From positions 1 to 64,000 of the forward strand of contig CAWCPV010000011.1 of the NCBI GenBank assembly GCA_963797555.1: a stretch of DNA of 64,000 nt, in the 5' to 3' direction. A program made the translations under genes and the position numbers. This document shows positions 11,899-23,034 of the stretch, piece by piece; position 1 is the first letter of the stretch; every line of letters starts with the position of its first letter. The stretch is from an uncultured Gammaproteobacteria bacterium. GTDB lineage: Bacteria > Pseudomonadota > Gammaproteobacteria > CAWCPV01. The notes under the pieces were generated by a model, which did not search any database, was not told the origin of the DNA, and was given only the letters and a program-made list of their open reading frames with translations.

Positions 11899-12240
11899 CT
11901 ACGTACTGGTCGCGGATTCAATGACTCGCCGCACCTGGTAGTGGTCGCTATGGAGCGGTCTCGCTCCGAGACGCCGGATCGCTTGGCCGATGGCCTGCGG
12001 GCTCGTGCCCCCTGAGTTCCAGAAGGCGCGATATGCCTCCTCGCTTTGCCACTGGGCATAGTTGACCACCCGGCGGCCGTCGTGGCTGGCATGGAAGCTG
12101 GCCGAAATGAAGGCGGGATGATGCCGGAACGACCTCTCGACTTCGTCGGCGATGGAGTCGATCAGTAGCAACTGCTGCGACGGATCGACTTCGAATTCGA
12201 TGATCAGCGTGTACGGACCGTTCTCCGATATCGTCGGCAT
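11899..12240 (-). CDS. Antibiotic biosynthesis monooxygenase (ABM) family protein
   Basis: HPAFISASFHASHDGRRVVNYAQWQS motif; GGAGG RBS. Confidence 0.85.
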   Translation of the reverse strand: MPTISENGPYTLIIEFEVDPSQQLLLIDSIADEVERSFRHHPAFISASFHASHDGRRVVNYAQWQSEEAYRAFWNSGGTSPQAIGQAIRRLGARPLHSDHYQVRRVIESATST

Positions 12241-13157
12241 GGTTTCCTCCGAGACAAACATTGCCAAGGGTAGATTCTGGATCCCGCGCTCCTCCAGAGA
12301 TCCTGAACAACTCTGGCATCCGCGCCCGGCCGCCAGCGAGAGCCATATCAAAAGGACCGACGGGACCAGGTAAGGTTCCTCGTGTTGCGCGCAGGGAACG
12401 ATGGTACCCGCCAAGGCGCGGACAGCAGAAAGGTTCCCGGGCGAGCCGTCCGCGCTGACAAGAACCGCAGCGTGCCGAAGAGCCCACCGACGGCGGTGAT
12501 AGTCTGGTGTTCTCACGAGGCCCATTTTAAAGGACATCTCGACTATCAGATATGCCGCCAGCTTGGCCGGATAGCGCAGCGTGAAAATGTCGGAACCGCG
12601 TTCAGTGTTTGAACGTTGCGGAGGGTCTCGTGGGTGTTGAGCGCGATTGATGTTGGATCTTGAGTCAAGCTCAAGCGAGCTAACGCAGCGCGTACACTCC
12701 ACCACCCCCTGCAACACTCGGAGCGAAGCCTCGTTACGCCTACTGGCTCGAAGCCTGGAATGTTCGCCGGCGTTCCGCGCGACGCTTCGAGAGGGTGTGC
12801 CCGACTCCAAGCGCGATCCGATTATGCACACGGCAGAGCCCATCGGAAGCGGTTCCGGAAAAGCACGCATCGACGAAGGTCTCGGCGAGCCGCAGGACGT
12901 CGACGGTCTTATGGTACGCGGCGGGGTCGACAGGGAGAAGTCCCGTCTTTTTCGCCACGCGCGAGCGAGAAGCGCGCCGGGCCTCGGCTGCTGCGCCGCG
13001 TCCGGCAGATCGGCGAGATCCGCCGGCGGGCCCCGGCCGGCGTCAGGTGCGGCGCAACGAAGTTGACGGATCCCGTTAAAGCGCCGATTCTTGCGCCGCA
13101 GTGCCCCTGAGAAGCAGTTCACATCGCGTCTTGGCCACAACTACTAGGACCGTACCG

Positions 13158-14669
13158 GTGTCTGTCCCGCGAGGCTTTCTCGGCCATCCTTGTGGGCTGC
13201 GGACGCTGTTCTTCACCGAGATGTGGGAGCGCTTCAGCTATTACGGAATGCGGGCGCTGCTGGTGCTGTTCATGGTGGATGGCGTCCAGAAGGGGGGATT
13301 GGGCTTCGACGACCGGACTGCAACGGCCATCTACAGTCTTTATACCGCCGCTGTCTACTTGGCGGCCCTACCAGGGGGCTGGGCGGCCGACCGGCTTATC
13401 GGGCACCGAAGGGCGATCTGGTACGGGGGTATCGCCATCATGGCGGGCCACTTCACGCTGGCGATCCCGGGCTTCATCCCGGTGCAGCACAAGCCACCGG
13501 TCCTGTTCTTCGGTCTGGCGCTGATCGTGGCTGGGACTGGACTGTTGAAGCCCAACATCTCGGCCATCGTCGGCCAGCTCTATCCGGAGGGCGGGGCGCG
13601 GCAGGATGCAGGCTTTTCGATCTTCTACATGGGCATCAACCTGGGCGCCACACTCGGGCCGCTGGCTTGCAGCTACCTCGGAGAGAATGTGAATTGGCAC
13701 TACGGCTTCGGGGCGGCTGGCGTCGGGATGTTGCTGGGCCTCATCCAGTACCGCCTCTCCGAGGGAAACCTCCGCGAGGCGGGGCTGCATCCGGCTTGGC
13801 CGGCCGATGCGCGCGGCCGCCGCAGGGGATGGATGGTACTGGGCGCCGCGCTGGGACTCGTGGCGGCGTTAGCCTTCTTGCTCCCTAATGAGGCCGTCGG
13901 CGCGGAAACGGTGTGGCTGGCACGCGGCACGGGGGCGGTCATCCTCATGCTGGCGTTGGCGTTTTTCGCCGCCGTGCTGCTGTTCGGAGGGCTGGACGCT
14001 GACGAGCGCCGGCGGGTCATCGTCATCGCGGTGTTCCTTCTCGGCGCTGCCGTCTTCTGGTCGGGCTTTGAGCAGGCCGGCTCGACGTTGAACCTGTTTG
14101 CGGAACGCTACACCGACCGGACGTTCTTGGGCTCGCTATTTCCCGGCGGCAAGCACCCGGCCGGCTACTACCAGTCCATCAACCCGTTGCTCATCATCGT
14201 GGGCGCGCCGGTATTCGCCTGGCTCTGGGTGGCCCTGGCCCGGCGCAACCTCGAGCCGTCGGCACCGGCCAAGTTCGCGCTTGGGCTAGTCCAATTGGGT
14301 CTGGGCTTCGCCGTGATGGCCTGGGCGTCCTGGGTCGTGATCGCGCAAGGCGGCAAGGTCCTGCCCATTTGGCTTATCGTTACCTACCTGCTGCACACGA
14401 CCGGCGAGCTTTGCCTCAGCCCCATCGGCTTGAGCTGGGTGAGCAAGCTGGCGCCGCCCCGCCTGGCCGGCCAGATGATGGGCACGTGGTTCATGGGAGC
14501 CGCGCTTGGCAACCTCGTCGGAGGCCTGATCGCCGGCTACTTCGGGCGAGAGGCGGTCGAGCAGATGCCGGCTCGCTTTCTCGTCATCTCAGCGACCACC
14601 GCCGGCGTGGGAATCCTGTTCGGGCTCTCTGCGCGTCGGCTCACAGCCATGATCGGAACGGTGAAGTAA
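13158..14669 (+). CDS. POT/PTR family di-/tripeptide:H+ symporter
   Basis: EMWERFSYYGMR, GLLKPNIS, FSIFYMGINLG, GELCLSPIGLS. Confidence 0.95.
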   Translation: MSVPRGFLGHPCGLRTLFFTEMWERFSYYGMRALLVLFMVDGVQKGGLGFDDRTATAIYSLYTAAVYLAALPGGWAADRLIGHRRAIWYGGIAIMAGHFTLAIPGFIPVQHKPPVLFFGLALIVAGTGLLKPNISAIVGQLYPEGGARQDAGFSIFYMGINLGATLGPLACSYLGENVNWHYGFGAAGVGMLLGLIQYRLSEGNLREAGLHPAWPADARGRRRGWMVLGAALGLVAALAFLLPNEAVGAETVWLARGTGAVILMLALAFFAAVLLFGGLDADERRRVIVIAVFLLGAAVFWSGFEQAGSTLNLFAERYTDRTFLGSLFPGGKHPAGYYQSINPLLIIVGAPVFAWLWVALARRNLEPSAPAKFALGLVQLGLGFAVMAWASWVVIAQGGKVLPIWLIVTYLLHTTGELCLSPIGLSWVSKLAPPRLAGQMMGTWFMGAALGNLVGGLIAGYFGREAVEQMPARFLVISATTAGVGILFGLSARRLTAMIGTVK

Positions 14670-14759
14670 AACGGCAACGGAATGCCGCCCGCGTGGCCGA
14701 ACCTCGTCAGACTTCGGCATGTGGGTGCACGGCGATCTCCACACCGTGCGTCGCGCGGT

Positions 14760-14835
14760 GGGTTGTTCTCGCTCCTCGCCAACTGCCTGGATAGGTCTCG
14801 TCGCGGTGTGCGGGACGATTTCTTCCAAAGACATC
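14760..14835. mobile_element. Degenerate MITE copy, reverse orientation
   Basis: TCGCTCCTCGCC...GTCTCGTCGC...GACGATTTCTTCC matches the reverse complement of the MITE at 177. Confidence 0.5.
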
Positions 14836-14869
14836 AGGCCCCGCGGGGACACGGCATGATACTGGGCAC

Positions 14870-14916
14870 GAGCAGCCGTTCACGTTGCTGCCCGAGCCAC
14901 GGTATTTTCAAGTCAG
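14870..14916 (+). mobile_element. Solo end of an IS110-type element
   Basis: CACGTTGCTGCCCGAGCCACGGTATTTTCAAGTCAG is nearly the reverse complement of 39125-39160. Confidence 0.55.
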
Positions 14917-14934
14917 TCAGTCGTAGCGCCATCC

Positions 14935-16002
14935 CTAAGGCGCGTGGGGCCGGGCGCTGAGGCGGTGCACCGCCTCTACGAGGACGGCCACCCGCTGCGG
15001 GTCGACGCCGGTGTGGATGCCGTGCCCCAAGTTGAAGACATGTCCGGTCCCGGCACCGAAGCTCTGCAGGATCCCTGCTACCTCGGTCTCGATCCGCTCG
15101 GGGCTGGCGTACAGGACCGACGGGTCCATATTCCCCTGCAGCGCCACGCGCCCGCCAACCCGCACTCGGGCTGGCCCGAGATCGGTGGTCCAATCCAGCC
15201 CTAGCGCATCCGGACCGGCGGCCGTCATCATCTCCAGCCACTGGCCGCCTCCTTTGGTGAACAGGATGACGGGCACGCGGCGCCCTTCCCTGACACGGGT
15301 GAGCTCGGCGACCACACGCGCCATATAGTGCAGCGAGAACTCCTGGTAATCGCGTGGGCTAAGCACTCCCCCCCAGGTATCGAACACCATGATCGCCTGG
15401 GCGCCCGCGGCCACCTGCGCGTTGAGGTATCCGATCACCGCGTGCGCCAAGAGGTTCAGTAGGTCGTGCAGCAGCGTGGGCTGGCCGAACAGCATCCCTT
15501 TGACGCGGGCGAAATCCTTGCTGCCGCCGCCCTCCACCATGTAGGTGGCCAGGGTCCAGGGGCTTCCGGCAAACCCGATTAGGGGTACGCGCCCCGCCAG
15601 CTCGCGGCGGATCAACCGCACTGCGTCCATGACGTAGCGCAGTTCCTGTTCTGGGTCCGGTACGCCTAGGGCACGCACATCTGCGGCAGTGCGCACGGGG
15701 CGTTCGAAGTGCGGTCCTTCACCCTCCGCGAAGTACAGTCCCAGTCCCATGGCATCGGGAACAGTGAGGATGTCGGAGAACAGGATGGCGGCGTCCAGCG
15801 GGTAGCGCTCGATGGGCTGGAGCGTCACCTCGCAAGCGAGCTCCGGCGTGCTGCAGAGGGTCTTGAAGTCGCCGGCACGGCTGCGGGTGGCGCGGTACTC
15901 GGGCAGGTAGCGGCCGGCCTGACGCATGATCCAGACGGGTGTGACATCCACGGGCTCGCGCAGCAAGGCGCGCAGCAGCCGATCATTCTGCAGGGGATAC
16001 AT
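14935..16002 (-). CDS. hemE: Uroporphyrinogen decarboxylase
   Basis: [31 protein letters not shown]. Confidence 0.97.
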   Translation of the reverse strand: MYPLQNDRLLRALLREPVDVTPVWIMRQAGRYLPEYRATRSRAGDFKTLCSTPELACEVTLQPIERYPLDAAILFSDILTVPDAMGLGLYFAEGEGPHFERPVRTAADVRALGVPDPEQELRYVMDAVRLIRRELAGRVPLIGFAGSPWTLATYMVEGGGSKDFARVKGMLFGQPTLLHDLLNLLAHAVIGYLNAQVAAGAQAIMVFDTWGGVLSPRDYQEFSLHYMARVVAELTRVREGRRVPVILFTKGGGQWLEMMTAAGPDALGLDWTTDLGPARVRVGGRVALQGNMDPSVLYASPERIETEVAGILQSFGAGTGHVFNLGHGIHTGVDPQRVAVLVEAVHRLSARPHAP

Positions 16003-16106
16003 CGCCCATAGCTTAAGGAAAATCCGGGATCGGAACAACGAAGCCCTGGTTGCCCGCGGGTGGTGCCGGTGCTACGGTAACGGCGGTCCAACAGGCCGGC
16101 GCCGGG

Positions 16107-17136
16107 ATGATCGAAAACTGGAAGGATGAGAAGCAGTCCGCTTATCTGTATCGTGTGATGGCGGATCGCGAGACGGATGCGGTGCGCCGAACCCTGTTCG
16201 CCGGTCTTGCCGAGGAGGCTGAGAAGCAGGCTCGACTGTGGGCGGACAAGATGCAGGCTCAGGGCAGTCCGCCGCCTGCGTTCCGTCCCGCGCTGCGGGC
16301 GCGGTTGGTGGCCAGGCTGGTGCGGGTGCTGGGCCCGCGGCGGATGCGTGGGATACTCTCGGGGCTCAAGGTGCGCGGTCTCTCCATATACCGCGGACCC
16401 ACCCTGCCCGGTCACCCGATGCCGACCTCCGTGGACCAAGTGGGTCACCGCCACCGGGGCGTGGATGCGGGAGGCAACCTCAGGGCCGGGGTGTTCGGCA
16501 TCAACGACGGGCTGGTATCCAATACCAGCCTCATCTTGGGTGTCGCTGGCGCCGCGCAGGATCCCAAGGTGGTGTTGCTGTCGGGGGTCGCGGGTCTGTT
16601 GGCGGGTGCCTTCTCCATGGCGGCGGGAGAATACCTATCCATGCGTTCCCAGCGGGAGCTGTTCGAATACCAGATTGCGCTGGAGCGCGAAGAGGCTCGA
16701 TCTGTACCCCCAGGAGGAAGCCGAAGAGCTGGCGCTCATATACAACGCTCGCGGCCTTCCCATGGACGACGCCCGCAGGATCGCCCACGAGCTGGTGGGG
16801 CGGCCGGAGCAAGCCCTGGACGCTCTGGCGCGCGAGGAACTCGGCCTGAACCCCGACGAGCTGGGCTCGCCCTGGGGGGCAGCGCTTTCCTCCTTCATCG
16901 CTTTCGCCGCCGGCGCCGTCGTGCCGGTCCTTCCGTTCCTGTCGGGAAGCGGCCGTCATGCCGTGGTGCTGGCCTCGGCCCTCGCGGGCTCGGCGCTGTT
17001 CGCCGTGGGTGCGACGTTGAGCCTGTTCACCGGGCGAGGGGCCATCGCAAGCGGCATCCGCATGGTGCTGATCGGCGCCGCGGCCGGAACGAGCACCTAT
17101 CTCATCGGTGGGCTCTGGGGTGGTCGCCTCGGATGA
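16107..17136 (+). CDS. VIT1/CCC1 iron/manganese transporter with N-terminal ferritin/rubrerythrin-like domain; frameshift near 16690
   Basis: LRAGVFGINDGLVSN, AGAFSMAAGEYLS, REELGLNPDELGSPW in two frames. Confidence 0.85.
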
Positions 17137-17274
17137 TGCCCTCGACCCCTCGTTGGTTTGTGAGCTTTCAGAGCGCGCCAAGGGCTTGGTGGCATGGGTG
17201 CGGCCTCCTTCCGCCCGCGATGGAAGCCCGGCAGCCCCGAGTGCGGCTCGGACCGAGGCTTGAGGAGCCTGGCA

Positions 17275-17835
17275 ATGATCGGGAAAAAGAACGTGATATT
17301 CGGTTTCCTGTACTTGGTGCTGACGGCGGCTCTGGGTCCCTACATGGTCGTAGAGCAGCGCGTCGTCGAGCCCTTCGAGGAGCGGAAGCAGGAGGCCCTC
17401 GGTCGCCTGCAGCGGATCGAGGCAGCCAACTTCGAGCAGGATCTGGAGCCAATGAGCGCCGATGCGATCGCCAAGACCAATAGCCGCGCCCTATTGGCCC
17501 TGAACGATTATCTGAACGCCGAGGCCCGTCTCGAGGCCATCAAGGGCGGACCCCATACCCACGGCAATCTCGAGGCGCTGCTCAACGTCGCGCTGGGGGT
17601 GGCGCTTTGCTTCATCGCTGGCGCCTATTGGTTCAAGCAACTCCTGAGCTGGACGTTCATCGCAGGAGCGTTGTTGCACTCGGGCATGCTGTATCTGGCG
17701 GTGATATTCGAGCAGGGCTGGGCTGGGTCGGTCTTGAAGACCGGGATCGGCCCCGTGCTTATTCTATCCGGCCTCGCTTTGGCCGGAATTGCCGCCGCGG
17801 TCGGTTTTCAGGGTCGGCCGGTAGAAGATCGCTGA
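17275..17835 (+). CDS. Conserved hypothetical membrane protein
   Basis: MIGKKNVIFGFLYL...HTHGNLEALLN...LHSGMLYL; about four TM segments with His residues. Confidence 0.75.
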   Translation: MIGKKNVIFGFLYLVLTAALGPYMVVEQRVVEPFEERKQEALGRLQRIEAANFEQDLEPMSADAIAKTNSRALLALNDYLNAEARLEAIKGGPHTHGNLEALLNVALGVALCFIAGAYWFKQLLSWTFIAGALLHSGMLYLAVIFEQGWAGSVLKTGIGPVLILSGLALAGIAAAVGFQGRPVEDR

Positions 17836-17836
17836 C

Positions 17837-18787
17837 ATGTACCGGTTGTTCCCGCCGATCAAACCGTATGTCACCCATACCCTTCCGGTCTCCGACCCCC
17901 ACGTGCTGTATGTCGAGGAATGCGGGAGTGTCGGCGGTCTGCCGGTGGTGGTTTTGCACGGGGGGCCGGGTGCGGGCTGCGAGCCTTATCATCGTCGGTT
18001 CTTCGACCCGGAGGTGTTTCGCATCGTGTTGTTCGACCAGCGCGGGAGCGGGCGTTCGACCCCGCACGCAGAACTCGGCGGGAACACCACCCAGGACTTG
18101 GTGGCGGACATTGAGCGGGTCCGTGAGCGCCTCGGGATAGAGCGCTGGGTCGTCTTCGGAGGCTCATGGGGCTCGACGCTTGGGTTGGTCTACGCAGAAA
18201 CGTACCCGGAGAGGGTGCTCGCCTTGATCGTGCGAGGCGTCTTTCTCGGCACGCTGCAGGAGATCGCATGGTTCTATCAGCACGGCGCCAACCGTTTCTT
18301 CCCCGATTACTGGCAGGAGTTCGAGCAGCTCATCCCGGAGGAGGAGCGGGGAGACTTGGTGCGGGCCTACTACCGTCGCCTGAGCGGACTGGATGAGCTG
18401 GCCCGGATGGCGGCGGCCAAGGCTTGGGCGCTATGGGAGGCGAGAACGTCGAGCCTGCGCCGGCGCAGGGACCTCATCACCCATTTTACCGAGCCATACA
18501 CCGCGCTGAGCCTGGCGCGAGTCGAGGCCCACTATTTTGTGCACGGCTGCTTCCTGGAGGAAGACCAGATCTTGCGCAATGCGCACCGACTGCATGGCAT
18601 TCCAGGAACCATCGTGCACGGCCGTTACGACGTCATCTGCCCAGCCGAGAATGCCTGGGCACTGCACAGCGCCTGGCCTGACGCCGATCTGCGGTTGGTA
18701 GCGGAGGCGGGACACGCGGCGAGTGAGCCCGGTAACATCGACGCCTTGGTGCGCGCGACTGTCCTCACCGCTGAACGCTTCGCATGA
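17837..18787 (+). CDS. pip: Proline iminopeptidase
   Basis: HGGPG, FDQRGSGRS, GGSWG nucleophile, GRYDVIC, AGH. Confidence 0.95.
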   Translation: MYRLFPPIKPYVTHTLPVSDPHVLYVEECGSVGGLPVVVLHGGPGAGCEPYHRRFFDPEVFRIVLFDQRGSGRSTPHAELGGNTTQDLVADIERVRERLGIERWVVFGGSWGSTLGLVYAETYPERVLALIVRGVFLGTLQEIAWFYQHGANRFFPDYWQEFEQLIPEEERGDLVRAYYRRLSGLDELARMAAAKAWALWEARTSSLRRRRDLITHFTEPYTALSLARVEAHYFVHGCFLEEDQILRNAHRLHGIPGTIVHGRYDVICPAENAWALHSAWPDADLRLVAEAGHAASEPGNIDALVRATVLTAERFA

Positions 18788-19285
18788 TCGCGTTGCTGCA
18801 GCGCGTCAGCTCGGCCCGGGTGTCGGGCGGAGGGCGAAGCCCTGGGAGCCATCGGCGTGGGCCTGCTGGCATTCATCGGGGTCGAACATGGCGATAACGA
18901 GGGGGTAGCGGATCGTCTGCTGGAGCGCATCCTAGGCTACCGCATCTTCCCCGACTGTGCTGGCAAATTGAATGCGAGCGTGTCCGATGTCGGGGGTGGT
19001 GTGCTGCTGGTCCCCCAGTTCACGCTGGCTGCCGACGCCCGCAAGGGGATGCGGCCGAGCTTCAGCCCGGCGGCTCCTCCAGAGGAGGGAGTCCGGCTGT
19101 TCGAGTACCTGCTTGCCCGAGCCCGCGCGAGCCACCCAGTCGTCGCCGCGGGGCGTTTCGGTGTGCACATGAGGGTGGCTTTGATCAACGACGGGCCCGC
19201 GACCTTCTGGCTGCGCACACCTCCCCAGACGGATGATCCGGACGCGCGGCGCCGCACCGCTGGCGGACCCGCCAGCCCCTCCTGA
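18784..19285 (+). CDS. dtd: D-aminoacyl-tRNA deacylase; frameshift near 18826
   Basis: MIALLQRVSSARV start, VPQFTLAAD, RPSFS, LINDGP. Confidence 0.9.
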
Positions 19286-19332
19286 GGACGTAGCGATGGT
19301 ACAAGGGCTGTGCACCTCTCCCCGGAGATTCC

Positions 19333-19472
19333 GAGTGTGTGAATAGACCTGCTGCGCGCCCCGACAGCGCCGTTGCGCGGTGCTCGCTCCTCATCTATCG
19401 ACTGGAGACGTCTCCTCGTTGTGCTCCGTGCGCCTTGTTCTCGGCCCACTCGCGACAATTCTTCACAAGCTC
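19333..19472. mobile_element. MITE, 140-bp short form in reverse orientation lacking the central hairpin module
   Basis: Ends GAGTGTGTGAATAGACC / CAATTCTTCACAAGCTC; colinear with 51479-51694 minus a ~76-bp insert. Confidence 0.75.
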
Positions 19473-19505
19473 TCCTTTCCCGAGCCGCTGGCGGGGTAGG
19501 GCGCT

Positions 19506-20183
19506 TCACGCGGTGCGGTCGGTTGCGGGCTCGACCGGTAACAGTTGATGAAATCCGTCGACGGCGGGGAACTCCCGCACGTCGCGCGAAGGGCCGCGAG
19601 TGTCCGGTCGTCGCACCGCGAGCAGATGGCGGATGCCGTAAGCGTGCGCAGAGCGGAGCGCGGGCAGGCTGTCGTCGATGAGCACGCTACGATCGCGGGA
19701 GAAGGGCTCCACGGACTGAAGGCGGTCCCAGAAACGGGCATCCTCCTTGGGGAGACCGAGGTCGTGGGCACACACGACGGCATCGAAATGTCCGCCGAGC
19801 TGGGTGCGCTCCAACTTCAACGCCAGGCTCTCGTGGTGGGCGTTGGTCACCAGCACCGCCCGTTTCCCTGTGCTGCGAATGGCGTTCAGGAAGTCCAGGA
19901 CATGGGGGTGCACGGCGATGAGGTGCTGCACCTCTCGCTTCAGTACCGCAATTTCCAAGCCGAGCTCGCGCGTCCAGTAATCCAGACAGTACCACTGGAT
20001 CGTTCCTTCCGCCCGGCGGAAGCGGGGCTGCAGCTCCTCTTTAGCCCGCTGCAGGTCCAGCCCAAAGCGCTCCGCATACCGCCGGGGCAAGTGCTCCCGC
20101 CAGAAGTGATTGTCGAAGTTGAGGTCCAGCAAAGTCCCATCCATGTCCAGGAGGACCTCATCGATGGATTGCCAGGCGATCAC
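19506..20183 (-). CDS. yrfG: GMP/IMP nucleotidase (HAD family)
   Basis: LLDMDGTLLDLNFDNHFW, WYCLDYW, LVTNAH, IDDS. Confidence 0.9.
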   Translation of the reverse strand: MIAWQSIDEVLLDMDGTLLDLNFDNHFWREHLPRRYAERFGLDLQRAKEELQPRFRRAEGTIQWYCLDYWTRELGLEIAVLKREVQHLIAVHPHVLDFLNAIRSTGKRAVLVTNAHHESLALKLERTQLGGHFDAVVCAHDLGLPKEDARFWDRLQSVEPFSRDRSVLIDDSLPALRSAHAYGIRHLLAVRRPDTRGPSRDVREFPAVDGFHQLLPVEPATDRTA

Positions 20184-20315
20184 GAAGCTTCTCTCTCAGC
20201 GAACACCGAGACGCACCCACCTGCGTCGGTCCACTGCCGCCGCCCGGTCGTCGCGCCAAGAGGGGCCACCTGGCTGGCAGCCCGCTGCCGAGACCGATAC
20301 ACTGCGGCTGCGTAC

Positions 20316-20758
20316 CCGGGCGATGGCGTCGCGTCGCCCATCATGCGTCAACCTGGGGATGGGAATCAACGGTCGCGGCGGAGCGTCACGGCCCCGCCAA
20401 AATCCCATGGGTTGAGTGGGATGTCGGGCGGCTGAGCGGGGTTAGAAGTGAGGGGGGAGCACTGGGCTTGGGGAGGAGGAGATGGAGGAGCGTCCGGTCG
20501 CGGTGTGGTCAGGCAAGAAGGGGCGGGAGCCCCGCGGGGTGGTGTTGCGAGGGTATCAGCGCATCCCAGCGGCCCCGCTCCTCGGGCCGGATGGGCCGAA
20601 TCTGCACCTCCCCGAAGCCGCTCGCGCTGCAAACGCCCTGCAATCCTGAACCCCTGCGACACGACCTGCCCGCACAGGACACTTTCGCAGCCAAAGTCCA
20701 GCTTTCACGATGATTCCTCTGGCATCATCTGGTGGCTCGTGAGGAGCACGGAACCCTG
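20316..20758 (-). mobile_element. Decayed IS relic with a DUF4338 gene N-terminal fragment
   Basis: VQIRPIRPEERGRWDALI; shares sequence with 23035-23483; CAGGG-type end. Confidence 0.55.
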
Positions 20759-20895
20759 CGCATTGCGTGCCTGGACGGTTACAGACTTCGCGATTTGTGG
20801 CTATAGTGTCTCTTTCTGCCGCGCCGGCGGCATGGTGTTGCACGGAGCAGCCGGAGCGCGAATCTCCATCGGCGGCGACCAAGCAGGGGGTGGTA

Positions 20896-21471
20896 TTGAG
20901 TCAGAGAAAGCCCGAGCTGTACGTCAGCACCGACATCGAAGCCGATGGACCTATTCCCGGGCCGCACTCCATGCTCAGCTTGGCCTCGGCCGCTTACCTG
21001 GCCGACAAGACGCTGGTCTCCCGGTACTCGGCCAACCTCGAAACCCTCTGTGGAGCCGCCGCCCATCCGGCGACCCAGGAATGGTGGGAGCACCAACCGC
21101 CTGGAATCTGGGAGGCATCTCGGCGCGACGCTCGCCCCCCCGAGCAGGTGATGCCTGAGTATCTGGCATGGCTTCAGTCGCTCCCCGGCAAGCCGGTCTT
21201 CCTGGGCTGGCCGGCGGCGTGGGACTTCATGTGGGTCTATTGGTACCTGGTGCGCTATACCGGCCACCGGCCCTTCGGCGAGACGGCGCTCGACATCCGA
21301 TCCTACGCGATGGGCATGCGCCGCAGCGAGTTCTCCAAGACGGCGAGGTCGTACCTGCCGCGCCGCTGGTTCGATGGGCTGCCGCACAATCACATCGCAC
21401 TGGACGATGCCCTGGAGCAAGGGGCATTGTTCTGCAACATGCTTTCGGAGAACCTGGATCGCGGGACCTGA
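20896..21471 (+). CDS. DEDDh 3'-5' exonuclease (Rv2179c/DUF5051-like)
   Basis: [14 protein letters not shown]...WDF...[10 protein letters not shown]. Confidence 0.8.
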   Translation: MSQRKPELYVSTDIEADGPIPGPHSMLSLASAAYLADKTLVSRYSANLETLCGAAAHPATQEWWEHQPPGIWEASRRDARPPEQVMPEYLAWLQSLPGKPVFLGWPAAWDFMWVYWYLVRYTGHRPFGETALDIRSYAMGMRRSEFSKTARSYLPRRWFDGLPHNHIALDDALEQGALFCNMLSENLDRGT

Positions 21472-21521
21472 GGCTCGCGCCCATGGGCAATGACATGTGA
21501 TCATGAGCGGGGAGGTTTGTC

Positions 21522-21703
21522 ATGCTGGCCGGAATCGTGCTTATCATTGCGGGTGTCTTGATTGCCGTTTATCGCTGCTTGCGCTCGTCGTAGCGGCGTT
21601 GCTCATCCTGCTGGGTGCCTTGTTGCTCAGCGCGGCGTATTATGAGCGCAAGCTGAGGCGGCACCACGAGAATCCGGTGATCGAGTTGTTCTTTCGATTC
21701 TAG
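21522..21703 (+). pseudogene. Small membrane protein, frameshifted
   Basis: GGAGG RBS; MLAGIVLIIAGVLIAVY then LLALVVAALLILLG in another frame. Confidence 0.5.
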
Positions 21704-21865
21704 CCGGCGCACCCCGCAGACTCGTCCGAGCGTCGTCCAAGGCCGGTCTGGCCCCTCGTAGCGAGCGCCTCGGGGCGGGTGACATCTTCCGGCGGCTGCG
21801 GTCTAACGAGACGCACAGATCCGACCCCCGACACGAGCGTCCAGACCTTCGGAGGGATGGAGTAT

Positions 21866-22525
21866 ATGTTCGGATCCCACAAGCGCGTGCGTATGCCGAC
21901 AGCCGAGGATGCCTTGCGCGGTCGGGCCGACAGGATGCCCGTGCCGCCCCGCCATCACGTCAACGGGCACCCCATGGAGCCCCCCTATCCGCAAGGAATG
22001 GAGACGGCGATGTTCGGCCTGGGCTGCTTTTGGGGCGCCGAGCGGCGCTTCTGGCAGACACCGGGTGTCTTCAGCACTGCCGTCGGCTATGCCGGTGGCT
22101 ACACTCCGAACCCCACTTACCGAGAGGTGTGCAGCGGGATGACGGGGCACGCAGAGGTGGTGCGGGTGGTCTATGACCCGCAGGTCGTGAGCTACGAAGA
22201 CTTGCTCAAGGTGTTCTGGGAATCCCATGACCCGACGCAGGGTATGCGGCAGGGAAACGACGCCGGTACGCAGTACCGGTCCGCCATCTACACATGCGGC
22301 GACGCCCAGAAGACAGCCGCCCTGGCCGCCCGCGACGCCTACCGGCGGGTCTTATCGGCAGCGGGGTATGGCCCCATCACCACGGAGATCCATGACGCCC
22401 CCGAGTTTTACTACGCCGAGGACTATCACCAGCAGTACCTGGCCAAGAATCCTGGCGGTTATTGCGGGCTGGAGGGCACCGGGGTCGCGTGTCCAGCGCC
22501 CGAGGCTAAAGTTTCAGGGGCTTGA
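21866..22525 (+). CDS. msrA: Peptide-methionine (S)-S-oxide reductase
   Basis: [37 protein letters not shown]. Confidence 0.97.
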   Translation: MFGSHKRVRMPTAEDALRGRADRMPVPPRHHVNGHPMEPPYPQGMETAMFGLGCFWGAERRFWQTPGVFSTAVGYAGGYTPNPTYREVCSGMTGHAEVVRVVYDPQVVSYEDLLKVFWESHDPTQGMRQGNDAGTQYRSAIYTCGDAQKTAALAARDAYRRVLSAAGYGPITTEIHDAPEFYYAEDYHQQYLAKNPGGYCGLEGTGVACPAPEAKVSGA

Positions 22526-22947
22526 CCGGCGATTCCATCCACTCCTTCGAGGTGTGCCAGTCGACGCGCAGGTCATCGACGAACAGCTCGACCTCGTTCC
22601 CGTCCGGGTCCCGCAGATAGAGGCTCTGACTGACCGTGTGATCGGCCACGCCGTCGAGGGGATAACCGTGCTCCAAGGCTCGAATCTCGGGCTTGGCGCA
22701 GCGCGTGGATGCCTTCCCCGACCTTCCAGCCGATGTGGTAGAGGCCAATTCGCCTGCCCTGCAACGGCCCGGGCGCGTCACCCACCTCGATGAGCAACAA
22801 CTCGTGGTGGGTCCGACCCCCGGTAAGAACTGCGGCGCGACCGCCGAAGGTCGTCCCTGTCAAGGAAAGCCCCACGACCTGCGAGTAGAAGTCCAGGGCG
22901 GGCCGCAAGCGGCGCACATACAGCACCACGTGTCCGAGCTCGGGCAT
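22506..22947 (-). CDS. VOC/glyoxalase family protein; frameshift near 22690
   Basis: [42 protein letters not shown]. Confidence 0.8.
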
Positions 22948-23034
22948 GGTCTGCTCCTGCCTCAGTGCCGGTCTGACTCACCTTTCAGTCTATACGCCTA
23001 TCGTCGCTCGGGCCCGTCACGGGCGTCTCTAAGC

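Noticed and set aside
12250-13100. N-terminal extension of the 413-aa ORF and possible gene fragments
   Set aside because: The ABM gene has its own RBS/ATG at 12240; the upstream translation is not recognisable
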